DNA of 64,000 nt from positions 7,779-71,778 of the forward strand of contig CAZFRC010000002.1 of the NCBI GenBank assembly GCA_964521185.1, in the 5' to 3' direction. The DNA comes from an uncultured Candidatus Saccharibacteria bacterium (GTDB lineage Bacteria; Patescibacteriota; Minisyncoccia; Phycocordibacterales; UBA12088). The position numbers were made by a program, and so were the translations under genes. Of the stretch, positions 29,632 through 38,960 are shown in pieces (positions within the stretch are counted from its first letter, which is position 1; each line of letters begins with the position of its first letter). The notes under the pieces are model-generated. The model saw nothing but the letters and a program-made list of their open reading frames with translations, was not told the DNA's origin and ran no database searches.

Positions 29632-30125
29632 TTTAAAGTATCGTGCCATATTTTAGGCGGACGCTTTAAAGTGCTAATCCTCGGTTTGTGGAATAAGTGT
29701 TCGGGGCGCGGGAGTACGTTGACAATTTAATATTCTGAACCGACATAAAATTAAACGAACGGCTATATTTACCGGTTTCTTTTTTCTGCTCGCCTTATAT
29801 CTTTTTATTTTGGTAAAACGATATACGGTATTGTCGCAATAACGGTTGTACATTCTGACATCCTTCTTACTACCAACACTCGCGCCAAGAACATCCTCGG
29901 ATGTTCTTGGTGTGATTAAAAGAAAGTTGGTACATGATCAGTCTTCAGGTGTCGATCCCTGATGAGCCTGATTATTCAGAAGCCACAATTGATTTCTCGA
30001 TTGGTCGAAGCAAACGAGATCATTCAATAGTGGCGAATCACATTAGAGATTCTTTTGCACACAACTTACAAGCTTTAGCAGTTAAGTAGTGCAACGGAAT
30101 CAGCAATTACAGGAAAATAAAAATT

Positions 30126-33100
30126 ATGAGTACTTTTACTAACAATCTTTCAACTTCAAAAGTTGCGGCGATTGTGGTTGGTGTAGTGCTTCTCGCAGGC
30201 GCAGCGTTTGCTCTTCCAGCAAAGGCCCAGACTGTCGAATCACTCACGGCACAAATCAACAGTCTTCTTGCAACGATCGCATCACTCCAATCCCAACTTG
30301 CGGCAATGGGTGGTGGATCTGGAATGGGTGCAGGTGTTTGTCCTGCCCAATGGAATACGAACTTACAAACAGGTTCGACAGGAGCAGATGTAATGAAACT
30401 CCAGAAATTCCTTAACTCTGATGCGGCAACTAAGGTTGCTGACTCGGGAGCGGGATCTCCTGGAATGGAATCTGAATACTATGGTGCAAAAACCGCAGCA
30501 GCAGTATCGAAATTCCAAGAGAAATACGCTGCAGACATATTGACCCCGCTTGGCCTCACTGCTGGCACGGGTAAATTCTTCGCATCTTCACGTGCAAAAG
30601 CAAACATGCTTTGCGCAACTGCTTCCTCAAGCTCAAGTTCCTCTTCAGGAGGAGTGGTAGTCCCAGTAGGAACTGGTCTTTCAGTTTCGTCTGGATCACA
30701 ACCAGCAAACTCACTTGCGCCTGAAAATGCCTCACGTGTTCCATTCACGAAATTCATGGTTACGGCAGGCAATGATGGGGACGTAGTATTGAACAGCGTT
30801 ACTGTCAAGAAGGTCGGTCTTATTAATAAGACTGCCTTTGATGGCATTGTTCTTCTCGACGAAAATGGTATTCAAGTCGGTACTGCAAAGACACTTAATT
30901 CAAACGACGAAGCAACCATTGGCGAGAAAGTAACAATTCCTCGTGGTACCACGAAGATGTTCACTGTGGCGGCTAACATGGACTCAGATCTCGACAGTGA
31001 AAACGGTCAGGTCGGAGGAATGAATGTTGTCGCGGTAAACACCTCGGCAACCGTTACCGGCTCCTTGCCGATTGCGGGCGCAATGCATACCGTGAACTCG
31101 ACTCTTGCGGTCGGAACAGCAACAGCTGATGAATCAACGTTTGATCCTGACACTTCTCGAAGCAAGGAAGTTGGCACATCCAACTATATCTTTGCTGGCG
31201 TGAAGATCACTGCAGGTTCAGCAGAAGATGTTCGACTTCGTTCAATCCGATGGAACCAAACAGGTTCTATTTCGGGAAACGAGCTTGGCAATTTGATGGT
31301 CGTCGTTGATGGCACATCATATCCAGTCATGATATCTGCAGACGGTGATTACTTCTCAGCTTCATTCGGTAACGGCATCGTTATCGAGGAAGGCTTCTCG
31401 AAAGATGTCTACATTAAGGGCGATATCGTCGGCACCAATGCAGCGGGTCGTACTGTAATGTTTGACCTTGAGGAAGCAACTGACGTCTATCTTACGGGTG
31501 AAGAATTTGGTTACGGAGTCACTCCAACGGCTGGAACAACCGGCACGGCAAGTGATTCAACATCTGAATTCACTTCAGGTACGCCATTCTTCGATGGCTC
31601 GAAGGTAACAGTAACCGCAGGATCTGTTTCAACCGTTTCTCGATCGAATGCAGTTCCTGCACAGAACGTTGCGGTTAACGTAACAAACCAACCGCTCGGC
31701 GGATTCGATATTGACCTTAAGGGTGAGGCAATCTCAGTCCAGAGCATGGTATTTGAGTTCGCAACGACCACTGGCGCACAAACTTCAGATGGTTGGCTTA
31801 CGAACGTAACACTTGTAAATGAGAACGGTGCGGTAGTCGCAGGTCCAGCGGATTCTTCAACGACATTCTCTGGAGGCCGAACTTCAGTAACCTTCTCAGA
31901 TACTGTTACTTTCCCACTTGGAAAGCATACGTACACATTGAAAGGAAAAGTTCCTTCACAATGGGGTAACAATATGACGGTCCAGGCGTCAACCACGCCA
32001 GCAGCATGGACGAACGTAAAAGGCGACGTAACGGGTGATACCATCACTCTTTCACAGGGTTCATTCACAATGAACACCATGACAGTGAAAGCGGCAGCTC
32101 TTACGGTATCAGTTGGTTCTACTCCATCAGCGCAAAACATTGTGGCTGGTGTTCAGGATTACCTCTTCGCAAACTACATCTTCGACGCATCAGCGTCCGG
32201 TGAGGATGTACGATTCTCAACTATTCCTCTTCTCCCAACCGGAGCAGGCGGTTTCGTTGCTTCGTACCTCACTGGTTGTCAGCTTTTCGACGGTTCGACC
32301 GCGCTTAACACCGGAACGAACGTTGTTGATAGCCCAACGGTGGATGGATCAACGAACGCAACCTTCACTCTTGACGATCAGTTTGTTGTTACCAAGGGCA
32401 CGATCAAGACGCTTACACTCAAATGTGACGTTTCTGGTTCTGCTTCAGGAACAATCAAGTGGGGCATTGGTGCGGTTGCGTCAAGCTTTACTGTAACGGG
32501 CGTGACGTCTTCAAACTCAGTGTCTGAAACGATTAACAGCTCGACTGGTCAACTTCAAACGATTGCATCCGGTTCCTTCACTGTGGCAAAGGATTCATCA
32601 AGTCCTTCCTACGCAGTTGCAGCAGCCGGTTCAACTGATGTTACCCTTGGCGTACTTAAGCTTCGCGCAACAAACGAAGAGCTCAAGCTTCGCCAATTGG
32701 CACTTCAGCTCACTGGTCCTACCGCTTCGTCAACTGACGCGGTGTTCGTAAACGGCACAGTGAAGATCTACGATGGTGCACAGCTTGTCGGTACTGCGGT
32801 CTTCAATAGCTCAGGTCGCTACGCAACTTCAACTCTTACGACCCAGGTCACGCTTCCAAAGGATACGGACAAAGTCCTTACTCTTAAGGCCGACCTCTCG
32901 GGTGTTGGTTCTTCAGAACCAGGCATCCAGGGCGCATTGGTTAAGGTTGACTATGACGGTTCGAACGCAGCTGACACTGAAGCAATCGGTAGCGGTAGCT
33001 CAACAGTTGACTCATCGTCAACGACCGACACGGCAGTAGATGGGGTACGAGTATTCCGCACCTATCCTCGCCTTGCCAAGCTTTCGGTTCCGACCACGAA

Positions 33101-33656
33101 TCTTGTGAACGGCACCAACAAGCTCTATCGCTTCTCGGTAACAGCAGACTCAAAGGGTGATCTTTCGCTCTACAAGTTCAGCTTTACCATGTCGACCACG
33201 ACAGTCAGCGCAGCAAGTCTTCAGGTGTACGGCTTTACTGACAGCGGCTTCTCACAAACTGTTTCGGGCTACGGCTCGGACGGCGCGCTTCGAAGCGCTG
33301 CAGTTGCGCCAACCGCAACTCTTGCTGAGTACGTGATCACCAATACTGGTGGCACAGAAACTCCGCTTGTTATTCCTGCCGGTGCTACACGTTACTTCGA
33401 AGTACGTGCAACTATCACTGGTGGAGATGGCGATGGAGATTCGATCCAAATCCAGCTTGACGGTGATGCAGACTTCCCATCGCTTGCAGCGCTTATGGCG
33501 AGTGCAACGAGCGTAGATTCGGACGCAAATGATGACTTTATCTGGTCACCAAATGCAACGACTACGTCAGGAGTTACTGCAAACGACTGGACCAACGGTT
33601 ATGGATTGCCAGGACTCCCATCATCCAACATGGATGCTGAAGTTTTGAGTAACTAA
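30126..33656 (+). CDS. Large secreted S/T/G-rich surface (S-layer-like) protein with N-terminal peptidoglycan-binding-like domain
   Basis: Signal peptide (..PAKA/Q), short coiled coil, LQTGSTGADVMKLQKFLN...YYGAKTAAAVSKFQ, then about 1000 aa of beta-rich repeats. Confidence 0.75.
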   Translation: MSTFTNNLSTSKVAAIVVGVVLLAGAAFALPAKAQTVESLTAQINSLLATIASLQSQLAAMGGGSGMGAGVCPAQWNTNLQTGSTGADVMKLQKFLNSDAATKVADSGAGSPGMESEYYGAKTAAAVSKFQEKYAADILTPLGLTAGTGKFFASSRAKANMLCATASSSSSSSSGGVVVPVGTGLSVSSGSQPANSLAPENASRVPFTKFMVTAGNDGDVVLNSVTVKKVGLINKTAFDGIVLLDENGIQVGTAKTLNSNDEATIGEKVTIPRGTTKMFTVAANMDSDLDSENGQVGGMNVVAVNTSATVTGSLPIAGAMHTVNSTLAVGTATADESTFDPDTSRSKEVGTSNYIFAGVKITAGSAEDVRLRSIRWNQTGSISGNELGNLMVVVDGTSYPVMISADGDYFSASFGNGIVIEEGFSKDVYIKGDIVGTNAAGRTVMFDLEEATDVYLTGEEFGYGVTPTAGTTGTASDSTSEFTSGTPFFDGSKVTVTAGSVSTVSRSNAVPAQNVAVNVTNQPLGGFDIDLKGEAISVQSMVFEFATTTGAQTSDGWLTNVTLVNENGAVVAGPADSSTTFSGGRTSVTFSDTVTFPLGKHTYTLKGKVPSQWGNNMTVQASTTPAAWTNVKGDVTGDTITLSQGSFTMNTMTVKAAALTVSVGSTPSAQNIVAGVQDYLFANYIFDASASGEDVRFSTIPLLPTGAGGFVASYLTGCQLFDGSTALNTGTNVVDSPTVDGSTNATFTLDDQFVVTKGTIKTLTLKCDVSGSASGTIKWGIGAVASSFTVTGVTSSNSVSETINSSTGQLQTIASGSFTVAKDSSSPSYAVAAAGSTDVTLGVLKLRATNEELKLRQLALQLTGPTASSTDAVFVNGTVKIYDGAQLVGTAVFNSSGRYATSTLTTQVTLPKDTDKVLTLKADLSGVGSSEPGIQGALVKVDYDGSNAADTEAIGSGSSTVDSSSTTDTAVDGVRVFRTYPRLAKLSVPTTNLVNGTNKLYRFSVTADSKGDLSLYKFSFTMSTTTVSAASLQVYGFTDSGFSQTVSGYGSDGALRSAAVAPTATLAEYVITNTGGTETPLVIPAGATRYFEVRATITGGDGDGDSIQIQLDGDADFPSLAALMASATSVDSDANDDFIWSPNATTTSGVTANDWTNGYGLPGLPSSNMDAEVLSN

Positions 33657-33690
33657 TACTCGCGGTCTCTAGGGCTTGTATCTGGAGCCC

Positions 33691-33729
33691 AAAAACACAA
33701 AACCCCCATACAGGGGGTTTTGTGTTTTT
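33691..33729 (+). terminator. Intrinsic terminator after the S-layer-like gene
   Basis: AAAAACACAAAACCCCC-ATACA-GGGGGTTTTGTGTTTTT. Confidence 0.85.
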
Positions 33730-33798
33730 CATGCCCTAAAAAAAATATAAAAAGGGTTTGCTTGTCTCTAGGTCTCGTTTTGTGCAAGAATGGCATGT

Positions 33799-34614
33799 AT
33801 GGAACCTGTACAACCAGACACTCATACAGAGCCTCAGCGTTTTGAAAGAAAGAGCTTGCGCGCCCCATTTATAGGTGGCAGCATTTTGTTCGTGTGTTTG
33901 GCAATTGTCGGCATTCACTTGTTCTCCACGGAAGGAATAGGTGGATTAAAAGAACTAATTCTCCCTTCAGAACTGAAAAAGAATATAGAGCCAGTGATTA
34001 TTGGAGAGCTTGAAGAGGCGCCAAAACCATCTCTTGATGAGCCAGTTCTCTATGCTCCAACGTTAACTGCCGAACAGAAAAATACGCTCGCCGTGCAAAT
34101 CGCGGACTCAAGGAACACACTCACAAAGAACGATGAAATTTTTGGAGAATGGGTTATCCTCTCCACGTATTATCGTCAGGCGGGCGACCTGCGTAAGGCG
34201 GAGGCGGCGCTTAAATATGCGGGATGGATTTCCCCCGAAAATGTTACCTCCTTCAATAATCTCGGGAATTTGTACCACTTTGAACTTAAGGAGTATGAGA
34301 ATGCAGAAAAAGCATTCATGTGGGCGATTCAAAACGATCCCACGTATGTAATCTCCTACAAAAACCTCCACGAGCTGTATGCGTACTCATACAAGACGGA
34401 TACCAATTTGGCGGCCGACGCGCTCCTTCAGGGGCTTGAAAATAATCCAAACCATATTGATCTCTTAACCATGCTTGCAAGATATTACGCCGTGGTACGG
34501 GACGATGTAGAAAATGCACAGACGTATTATCGTAAGGCACAAACCGAGGCAGAACGTCTTGGAAACACCAGTCTATCTGCTATCATCGAAGAAGAGTTGT
34601 CTGGCCTTAAATAA
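33799..34614 (+). CDS. Membrane-anchored TPR protein
   Basis: One TM, then TPR-like helices (FNNLGNLY...AEKAF..AIQNDP; LARYY...AQTYY); start 33790 or 33799. Confidence 0.75.
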   Translation: MEPVQPDTHTEPQRFERKSLRAPFIGGSILFVCLAIVGIHLFSTEGIGGLKELILPSELKKNIEPVIIGELEEAPKPSLDEPVLYAPTLTAEQKNTLAVQIADSRNTLTKNDEIFGEWVILSTYYRQAGDLRKAEAALKYAGWISPENVTSFNNLGNLYHFELKEYENAEKAFMWAIQNDPTYVISYKNLHELYAYSYKTDTNLAADALLQGLENNPNHIDLLTMLARYYAVVRDDVENAQTYYRKAQTEAERLGNTSLSAIIEEELSGLK

Positions 34615-34631
34615 ATGGGTACACTACACGC

Positions 34632-34817
34632 ATGGAACAATACACACTGTGGAATAACACGTTTCTAAAATTCGCCGTCGGTTTTTTGGCTATCCTCACG
34701 TTCTCTTTTTTGCTTCTCGTGATAGTGGGCACTTTTCAAAATAGTGCGAAATCAGCTGAAGACCAGACATCCGCTGGTGCGGTGTTAGGAAAAGAGCCGG
34801 GACTCATTGGCTATTAA
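34632..34817 (+). CDS. Small single-TM protein
   Basis: 61 aa, hydrophobic FLKFAVGFLAILTFSFLLLVIV; TACACT 6 nt upstream of ATG. Confidence 0.55.
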   Translation: MEQYTLWNNTFLKFAVGFLAILTFSFLLLVIVGTFQNSAKSAEDQTSAGAVLGKEPGLIGY

Positions 34818-34821
34818 CGCT

Positions 34822-35340
34822 ATGCGAGACCAATATGTATGGAATATGGTGTTTACTCTCTTTTTCGCCACGGTGTTTGTCGCGTCGTTTGCCGTGATTG
34901 TTACTCTGAATGGAAGAATTCCTACCACTATAGACACGTTTGATTTAGTGCTAGTTTCTCTTGCTACATTTCGCCTGACTCGTCTGTTTGTATACGACAA
35001 AATCATGGAATGGTTTCGAGACTTCTTTTTTCATGTTGAAGTGCAAAAACTTGATAACGGCGAAGAAATGGTAATTCGTCATAAACTGGCAGGGGGACCG
35101 CTTCGAACTGTCTCCGACCTGCTCACCTGTCCGTGGTGTTTTGGCGTCTGGTCGTCGGCAACGATTCTCTTTTTTTATTTTCTGACGCCGCTCTCGTGGT
35201 ATCCGATTTTAATGCTTGCCGTAGCGGGTATTGGATCATTTCTCCAGATTCTTATGAATGTTGTCGGTTGGACAGCTGAACGTCAAAAACAAGCCGTTGA
35301 ACAGCGGGTGGTTGATTCATACCCTAAGACTGGTATATAG
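34822..35340 (+). CDS. DUF1360 family membrane protein
   Basis: LATFRLTRLFVYDKI...LLTCPWCFGVW signature. Confidence 0.8.
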   Translation: MRDQYVWNMVFTLFFATVFVASFAVIVTLNGRIPTTIDTFDLVLVSLATFRLTRLFVYDKIMEWFRDFFFHVEVQKLDNGEEMVIRHKLAGGPLRTVSDLLTCPWCFGVWSSATILFFYFLTPLSWYPILMLAVAGIGSFLQILMNVVGWTAERQKQAVEQRVVDSYPKTGI

Positions 35341-35407
35341 TCGCCTATTAGACGTCGAATGCGCGCGGACCGTCAGTCCGCAACCACAGAGAGCCGTGGG
35401 AGACACC

Positions 35408-36067
35408 GTGTTGTCCCAGCCATCTTTCAATGTTCGGTCTGTCGCCGCTCTTCTTCTCAAGGAGGCATTGGCGACCATACCGAATCAGTTGACCCTGCTT
35501 CGGGTGTTGCTTGTCCCACCCGTCCTAGGGTTTCTGTTTATCGAGCAATTCTTGGTAGCATTTGTAATTTTCGCAGCGGCTGCTACCACTGATTTCTTCG
35601 ATGGATTTTTGGCGAGGCGCTGGAAGCAAGGAAGTTTTTCAGGTCGGATATTTGATCCAGCTGCCGACAAACTTTTTGTTGATGGGAATCTAATCGGGAT
35701 ATGGTATGCTGGATTGATTTCAGGACCGCTATTCTTGATGGTGGGGTCAATAACGCTCGCCTACGATATAAGGGTCACATATCGGCGTTGGCCGGATTTT
35801 TTGCATGCCGTCCGCTATGGGGGTGGTGGAGCTGAGGAAGCTTTGTCACCTACACGGGTGGCAAAGTGGAAGACGGGCTTCCAGCTGGTCGGCATCGGGA
35901 CATCAATCATTGCTCCCGTGCTCGATCCTTTCTTTGGACTTCCATATGGGACGAGCTGGGGTTCCTATAGTCTTTACGATATCGCCGCAATCCTCATAGT
36001 GATGAGCGGCATCATGGTGACACTCTCGTGGATCATCTACGAGAGATTACCAGCTCTGGCACGTTGA
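35408..36067 (+). CDS. CDP-alcohol phosphatidyltransferase (PgsA-like)
   Basis: IPNQLTLLR, DFFDGFLARR-x-GRIFDPAADK, AKWKT; start uncertain. Confidence 0.85.
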   Translation: MLSQPSFNVRSVAALLLKEALATIPNQLTLLRVLLVPPVLGFLFIEQFLVAFVIFAAAATTDFFDGFLARRWKQGSFSGRIFDPAADKLFVDGNLIGIWYAGLISGPLFLMVGSITLAYDIRVTYRRWPDFLHAVRYGGGGAEEALSPTRVAKWKTGFQLVGIGTSIIAPVLDPFFGLPYGTSWGSYSLYDIAAILIVMSGIMVTLSWIIYERLPALAR

Positions 36068-36155
36068 CACAGGAAGATCAGACGGCTCACAGTGCCCTCC
36101 TCGGAGGGCACATGTTTTTTGACGAACTCACTTTCAATATGCTAAGGTAGCTTTC

Positions 36156-36285
36156 AAGCACCGAAGAAAGTCGGCGTCTCCAAACGGAGACTTAAGTTGC
36201 CACTTGTGGCAAACCGGCCGAGGTCGACACATCTTTTTGGGATATTCCCAATATGTCGGTGCCCCAATTATCAGGGCCATTTTTA
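36156..36285 (+). promoter_or_regulatory. L10 leader (autoregulatory RNA of rplJL)
   Basis: CCGAAGAAAGTCGG-hairpin-TTAA-hairpin-ACCGGCCGAGG matches L10-leader architecture, directly upstream of rplJ. Confidence 0.75.
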
Positions 36286-36290
36286 TTCCT

Positions 36291-36782
36291 ATGGCTATCA
36301 CACGGGAGAAAAAAGAAAGTATTGTTAAAGAAGTTACTGACGCCGTCAAAGGCGCCAGCTCGGCAGTATTTCTATCGTTTAAGGGACTTACCGTCTCCGA
36401 AACAGTTGCCATCCGAAAAGCGCTTCGAAATGCTGGGGTTAAGATGAAGGTCGCAAAAAAGACGTTGGTTCGAAGAGCTCTTGGAGATTCTGGAATATCT
36501 GGCGATATGCCGGACATGCCGGGCGAGCTTATATTTGCGTATGGTGACGATTTGGTCGCACCTGCTCGTGAGATACACGAATTTGTTAAAAAGGATGCAG
36601 AAAAACTCAAGATAGTCGGGGGCGTGTTCGAAAAACGATTCATGAACGCATCACAGATGATGGATATCGCGCTCATTCCGCCACTTCGAACGCTCCACGC
36701 ACAGTTTGTGAATGTCATCAATGCGCCGATCCAAGGTTTGGTGATTGCGTTTTCTGAGATTGCAAAGAAGAAAGAATCGTAA
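36291..36782 (+). CDS. rplJ: 50S ribosomal protein L10
   Basis: MAITREKK, FKGLTV, KVAKKTLVRRAL, LKIVGG. Confidence 0.95.
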   Translation: MAITREKKESIVKEVTDAVKGASSAVFLSFKGLTVSETVAIRKALRNAGVKMKVAKKTLVRRALGDSGISGDMPDMPGELIFAYGDDLVAPAREIHEFVKKDAEKLKIVGGVFEKRFMNASQMMDIALIPPLRTLHAQFVNVINAPIQGLVIAFSEIAKKKES

Positions 36783-36806
36783 TTATTACAAATAATATTA
36801 CATACC

Positions 36807-37214
36807 ATGTCTGACGAAACAGGAGCACCAGAGGTAGTCGAGGTGCCGGATAAGTTCAAGAGCCTTGTCGAATCAATCGAAAAGATGAGCGTCTTGGATC
36901 TCAATGAGTTGGTAAAAGTGTTCGAAAAGAAATTTGGCGTTTCTGCACAAGCGGTGGCCGTTGCCGCTCCTTCCTCTGGAGTCGCCGCTTCCGGAGAAGA
37001 ACAATCAACTTTCGCGGTTGAACTTACTTCGGGCGGCGACAACAAGATCGCGGTTATTAAGGCAGTGAAAGAAGCTCTCGCACTTGGCCTTAAAGAAGCA
37101 AAGGATTTGGTTGACGGTGCCCCCGCGCTTCTTAAGGAAGGCCTTAAGAAAGAAGAGGCGGAAGAGCTTAAAAAGAAAGTTGAGGAAGCTGGAGGTAAGG
37201 TTACCCTTAAATAA
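36807..37214 (+). CDS. rplL: 50S ribosomal protein L7/L12
   Basis: [39 protein letters not shown]. Confidence 0.98.
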   Translation: MSDETGAPEVVEVPDKFKSLVESIEKMSVLDLNELVKVFEKKFGVSAQAVAVAAPSSGVAASGEEQSTFAVELTSGGDNKIAVIKAVKEALALGLKEAKDLVDGAPALLKEGLKKEEAEELKKKVEEAGGKVTLK

Positions 37215-37228
37215 GGAATATCTCTCTC

Positions 37229-37263
37229 CATAAAAACGACGCCCAAAAGGCGTCGTTTTTATG
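37229..37263 (+). terminator. Intrinsic terminator after rplL
   Basis: CATAAAAACGACGCC-CAAAA-GGCGTCGTTTTTATG. Confidence 0.85.
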
Positions 37264-37478
37264 TACCCATTAATTGGTTTCTTTGGCAAGTTCCCAGAAA
37301 AGTACTTCATGATACAATGCCCCAACGTACTGAATGGACGAACTGAATGATTGAGTATGTATCCTGTTAGAGATTACCTTCACCGTATGACACACACCGA
37401 TCGAATGATGCCCACAAAGGTCGAATACTACCAGTTATTATCTAGGCAAGCCGCATCTGCGACTTGTCTCTAAATAGA

Positions 37479-38036
37479 ATGTACGTCCTTGACCGACTAT
37501 TCGGAAATCCACTCCGCGCAAAACTCATTCGCTTTTTCATCCTGAATCCCGATCTCCCGGTCACATTTGCTGATATTGCGCGTCGGACCCATATTCCTGC
37601 GTCAAGAGTAGCGCGCGAGATGCCGCGCCTTCGGACGATAGGATTGGTACGACGAGGAAAGAAAGATACCTGGATTTTACATGAACGATTTCCCCACAGA
37701 GAAGCGCTTCGCGCGTTTATACATGCAGTACCCCCGCTTTCATTTGAGGAAATAGCAAAACGCATAGTAAGCACTGGCCGTGTTCGGCTGATTGTTCTCT
37801 CTGGAGTTTTTTCGGAAGCGCCAGAAAGTCCGGTGGATGTGTTAGTTGTTGGGGATGGTATGAAGATGAAGACTTTCGAAAGTACAGTGCGTACCATAGA
37901 AAGTCTCTTTGGCCATGAAATTCGGTACGCTCTGTTCACCAGTACGGATTATCGATACCGAAAAAGCATTAACGATCGTTTGCTGAGGAACACCTTCGAT
38001 TATCCGCATCACGTTATTTTTGAACGAGCGGGGTAG
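37479..38036 (+). CDS. HTH plus degenerate minimal-nucleotidyltransferase-like protein
   Basis: LFGNPLRAKLIRFF...DIARR (HTH); LIVLSGVF...VDVLVVGD...EIRYALF (MNT-like). Confidence 0.6.
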   Translation: MYVLDRLFGNPLRAKLIRFFILNPDLPVTFADIARRTHIPASRVAREMPRLRTIGLVRRGKKDTWILHERFPHREALRAFIHAVPPLSFEEIAKRIVSTGRVRLIVLSGVFSEAPESPVDVLVVGDGMKMKTFESTVRTIESLFGHEIRYALFTSTDYRYRKSINDRLLRNTFDYPHHVIFERAG

Positions 38037-38199
38037 GTTTTCAGGGATACGTGCGACACGACAGCTATCCACAGCCCATGTTCAGAATGACTATCGAAAC
38101 GATACAATAGAAAAAGCAGCACTCCCCACTTTTTGTGTGGTTTTATCAACAAGATCGAGATTCCGGATTGTCGGAGTAAGATCATAATTTTTCATTTGT

Positions 38200-38889
38200 A
38201 TGACGCTTGAGACTTGGACAGAGGTGTTCGTACGCTCCTTCCAGGAGCTTTGGTTCGGGGTGGTATCTTTTATACCAAACCTAATTGTGTCTCTGGTTAT
38301 TCTGGTCTTAGGGTGGTTGATTGGGCTCGGTGTTCAGCGAATTATCGCAGGATTAGTGGACTCGCTTCGTATTGACACCGCACTTCGAAACGCGGGGGTT
38401 GAGGCTGCGTTTGAACGAGCGGGAATACGCCTCCATGCAGGCACATTCCTGGGGGCGTTAGTCAAATGGTTTATCGTTGCCGCGTTTCTTCTCGTTTCGT
38501 TCGAGATTTTAGGACTCACTCAGGTGACCTTCTTCCTTCGTGAAGTGATCCTTTCGTATCTTCCTAAAGTTATCGTTGCGGTAGTGATGATTCTTGTTGC
38601 GGCAATGATCGCCGAAGTGATATACAACATCGTAGTCGCAGGAGCAAAGGCCGCGCGCATTACTTCAGCGCACCTCGCAGGGTTGATTGCAAAATGGGCG
38701 ATTTGGTTATTTGCGATTCTTGCGGTCATGTCCCAGCTTGGAATTGCTGAGCCGTTTGTGCAGACACTGTTCACGGGTATCGTGGTTGCCTTTTCAATTG
38801 CTCTTGGACTTGCGTTTGGGCTTGGCGGTCAACAAATAGCTGCTCGTCATCTGGATCGGCTTGAAAGAGAGTTTGTCGATAAAAAATAA
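38200..38889 (+). CDS. MscS-associated TM-helix (CmpX-like) membrane protein
   Basis: Repeated FIPNL/YLPKV TM units; ALGLAFGLGG C-terminal motif. Confidence 0.8.
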   Translation: MTLETWTEVFVRSFQELWFGVVSFIPNLIVSLVILVLGWLIGLGVQRIIAGLVDSLRIDTALRNAGVEAAFERAGIRLHAGTFLGALVKWFIVAAFLLVSFEILGLTQVTFFLREVILSYLPKVIVAVVMILVAAMIAEVIYNIVVAGAKAARITSAHLAGLIAKWAIWLFAILAVMSQLGIAEPFVQTLFTGIVVAFSIALGLAFGLGGQQIAARHLDRLEREFVDKK

Positions 38890-38960
38890 GTAGAAGAGTA
38901 TTACATTACCCCGCTTCCAGTAATTCGAGGGCGGGGTAGTATAATTCTTGGGCAGTACTT

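Noticed and set aside
29959-29990. CTGATGAG resembling a hammerhead ribozyme core
   Set aside because: No GAAA after the putative stem II; the bases pair within a leader helix instead
36134-37246. 370-aa antisense ORF over rplJL (similarly 25171-25947 over recA)
   Set aside because: Mirror frames of conserved genes with biased codon usage
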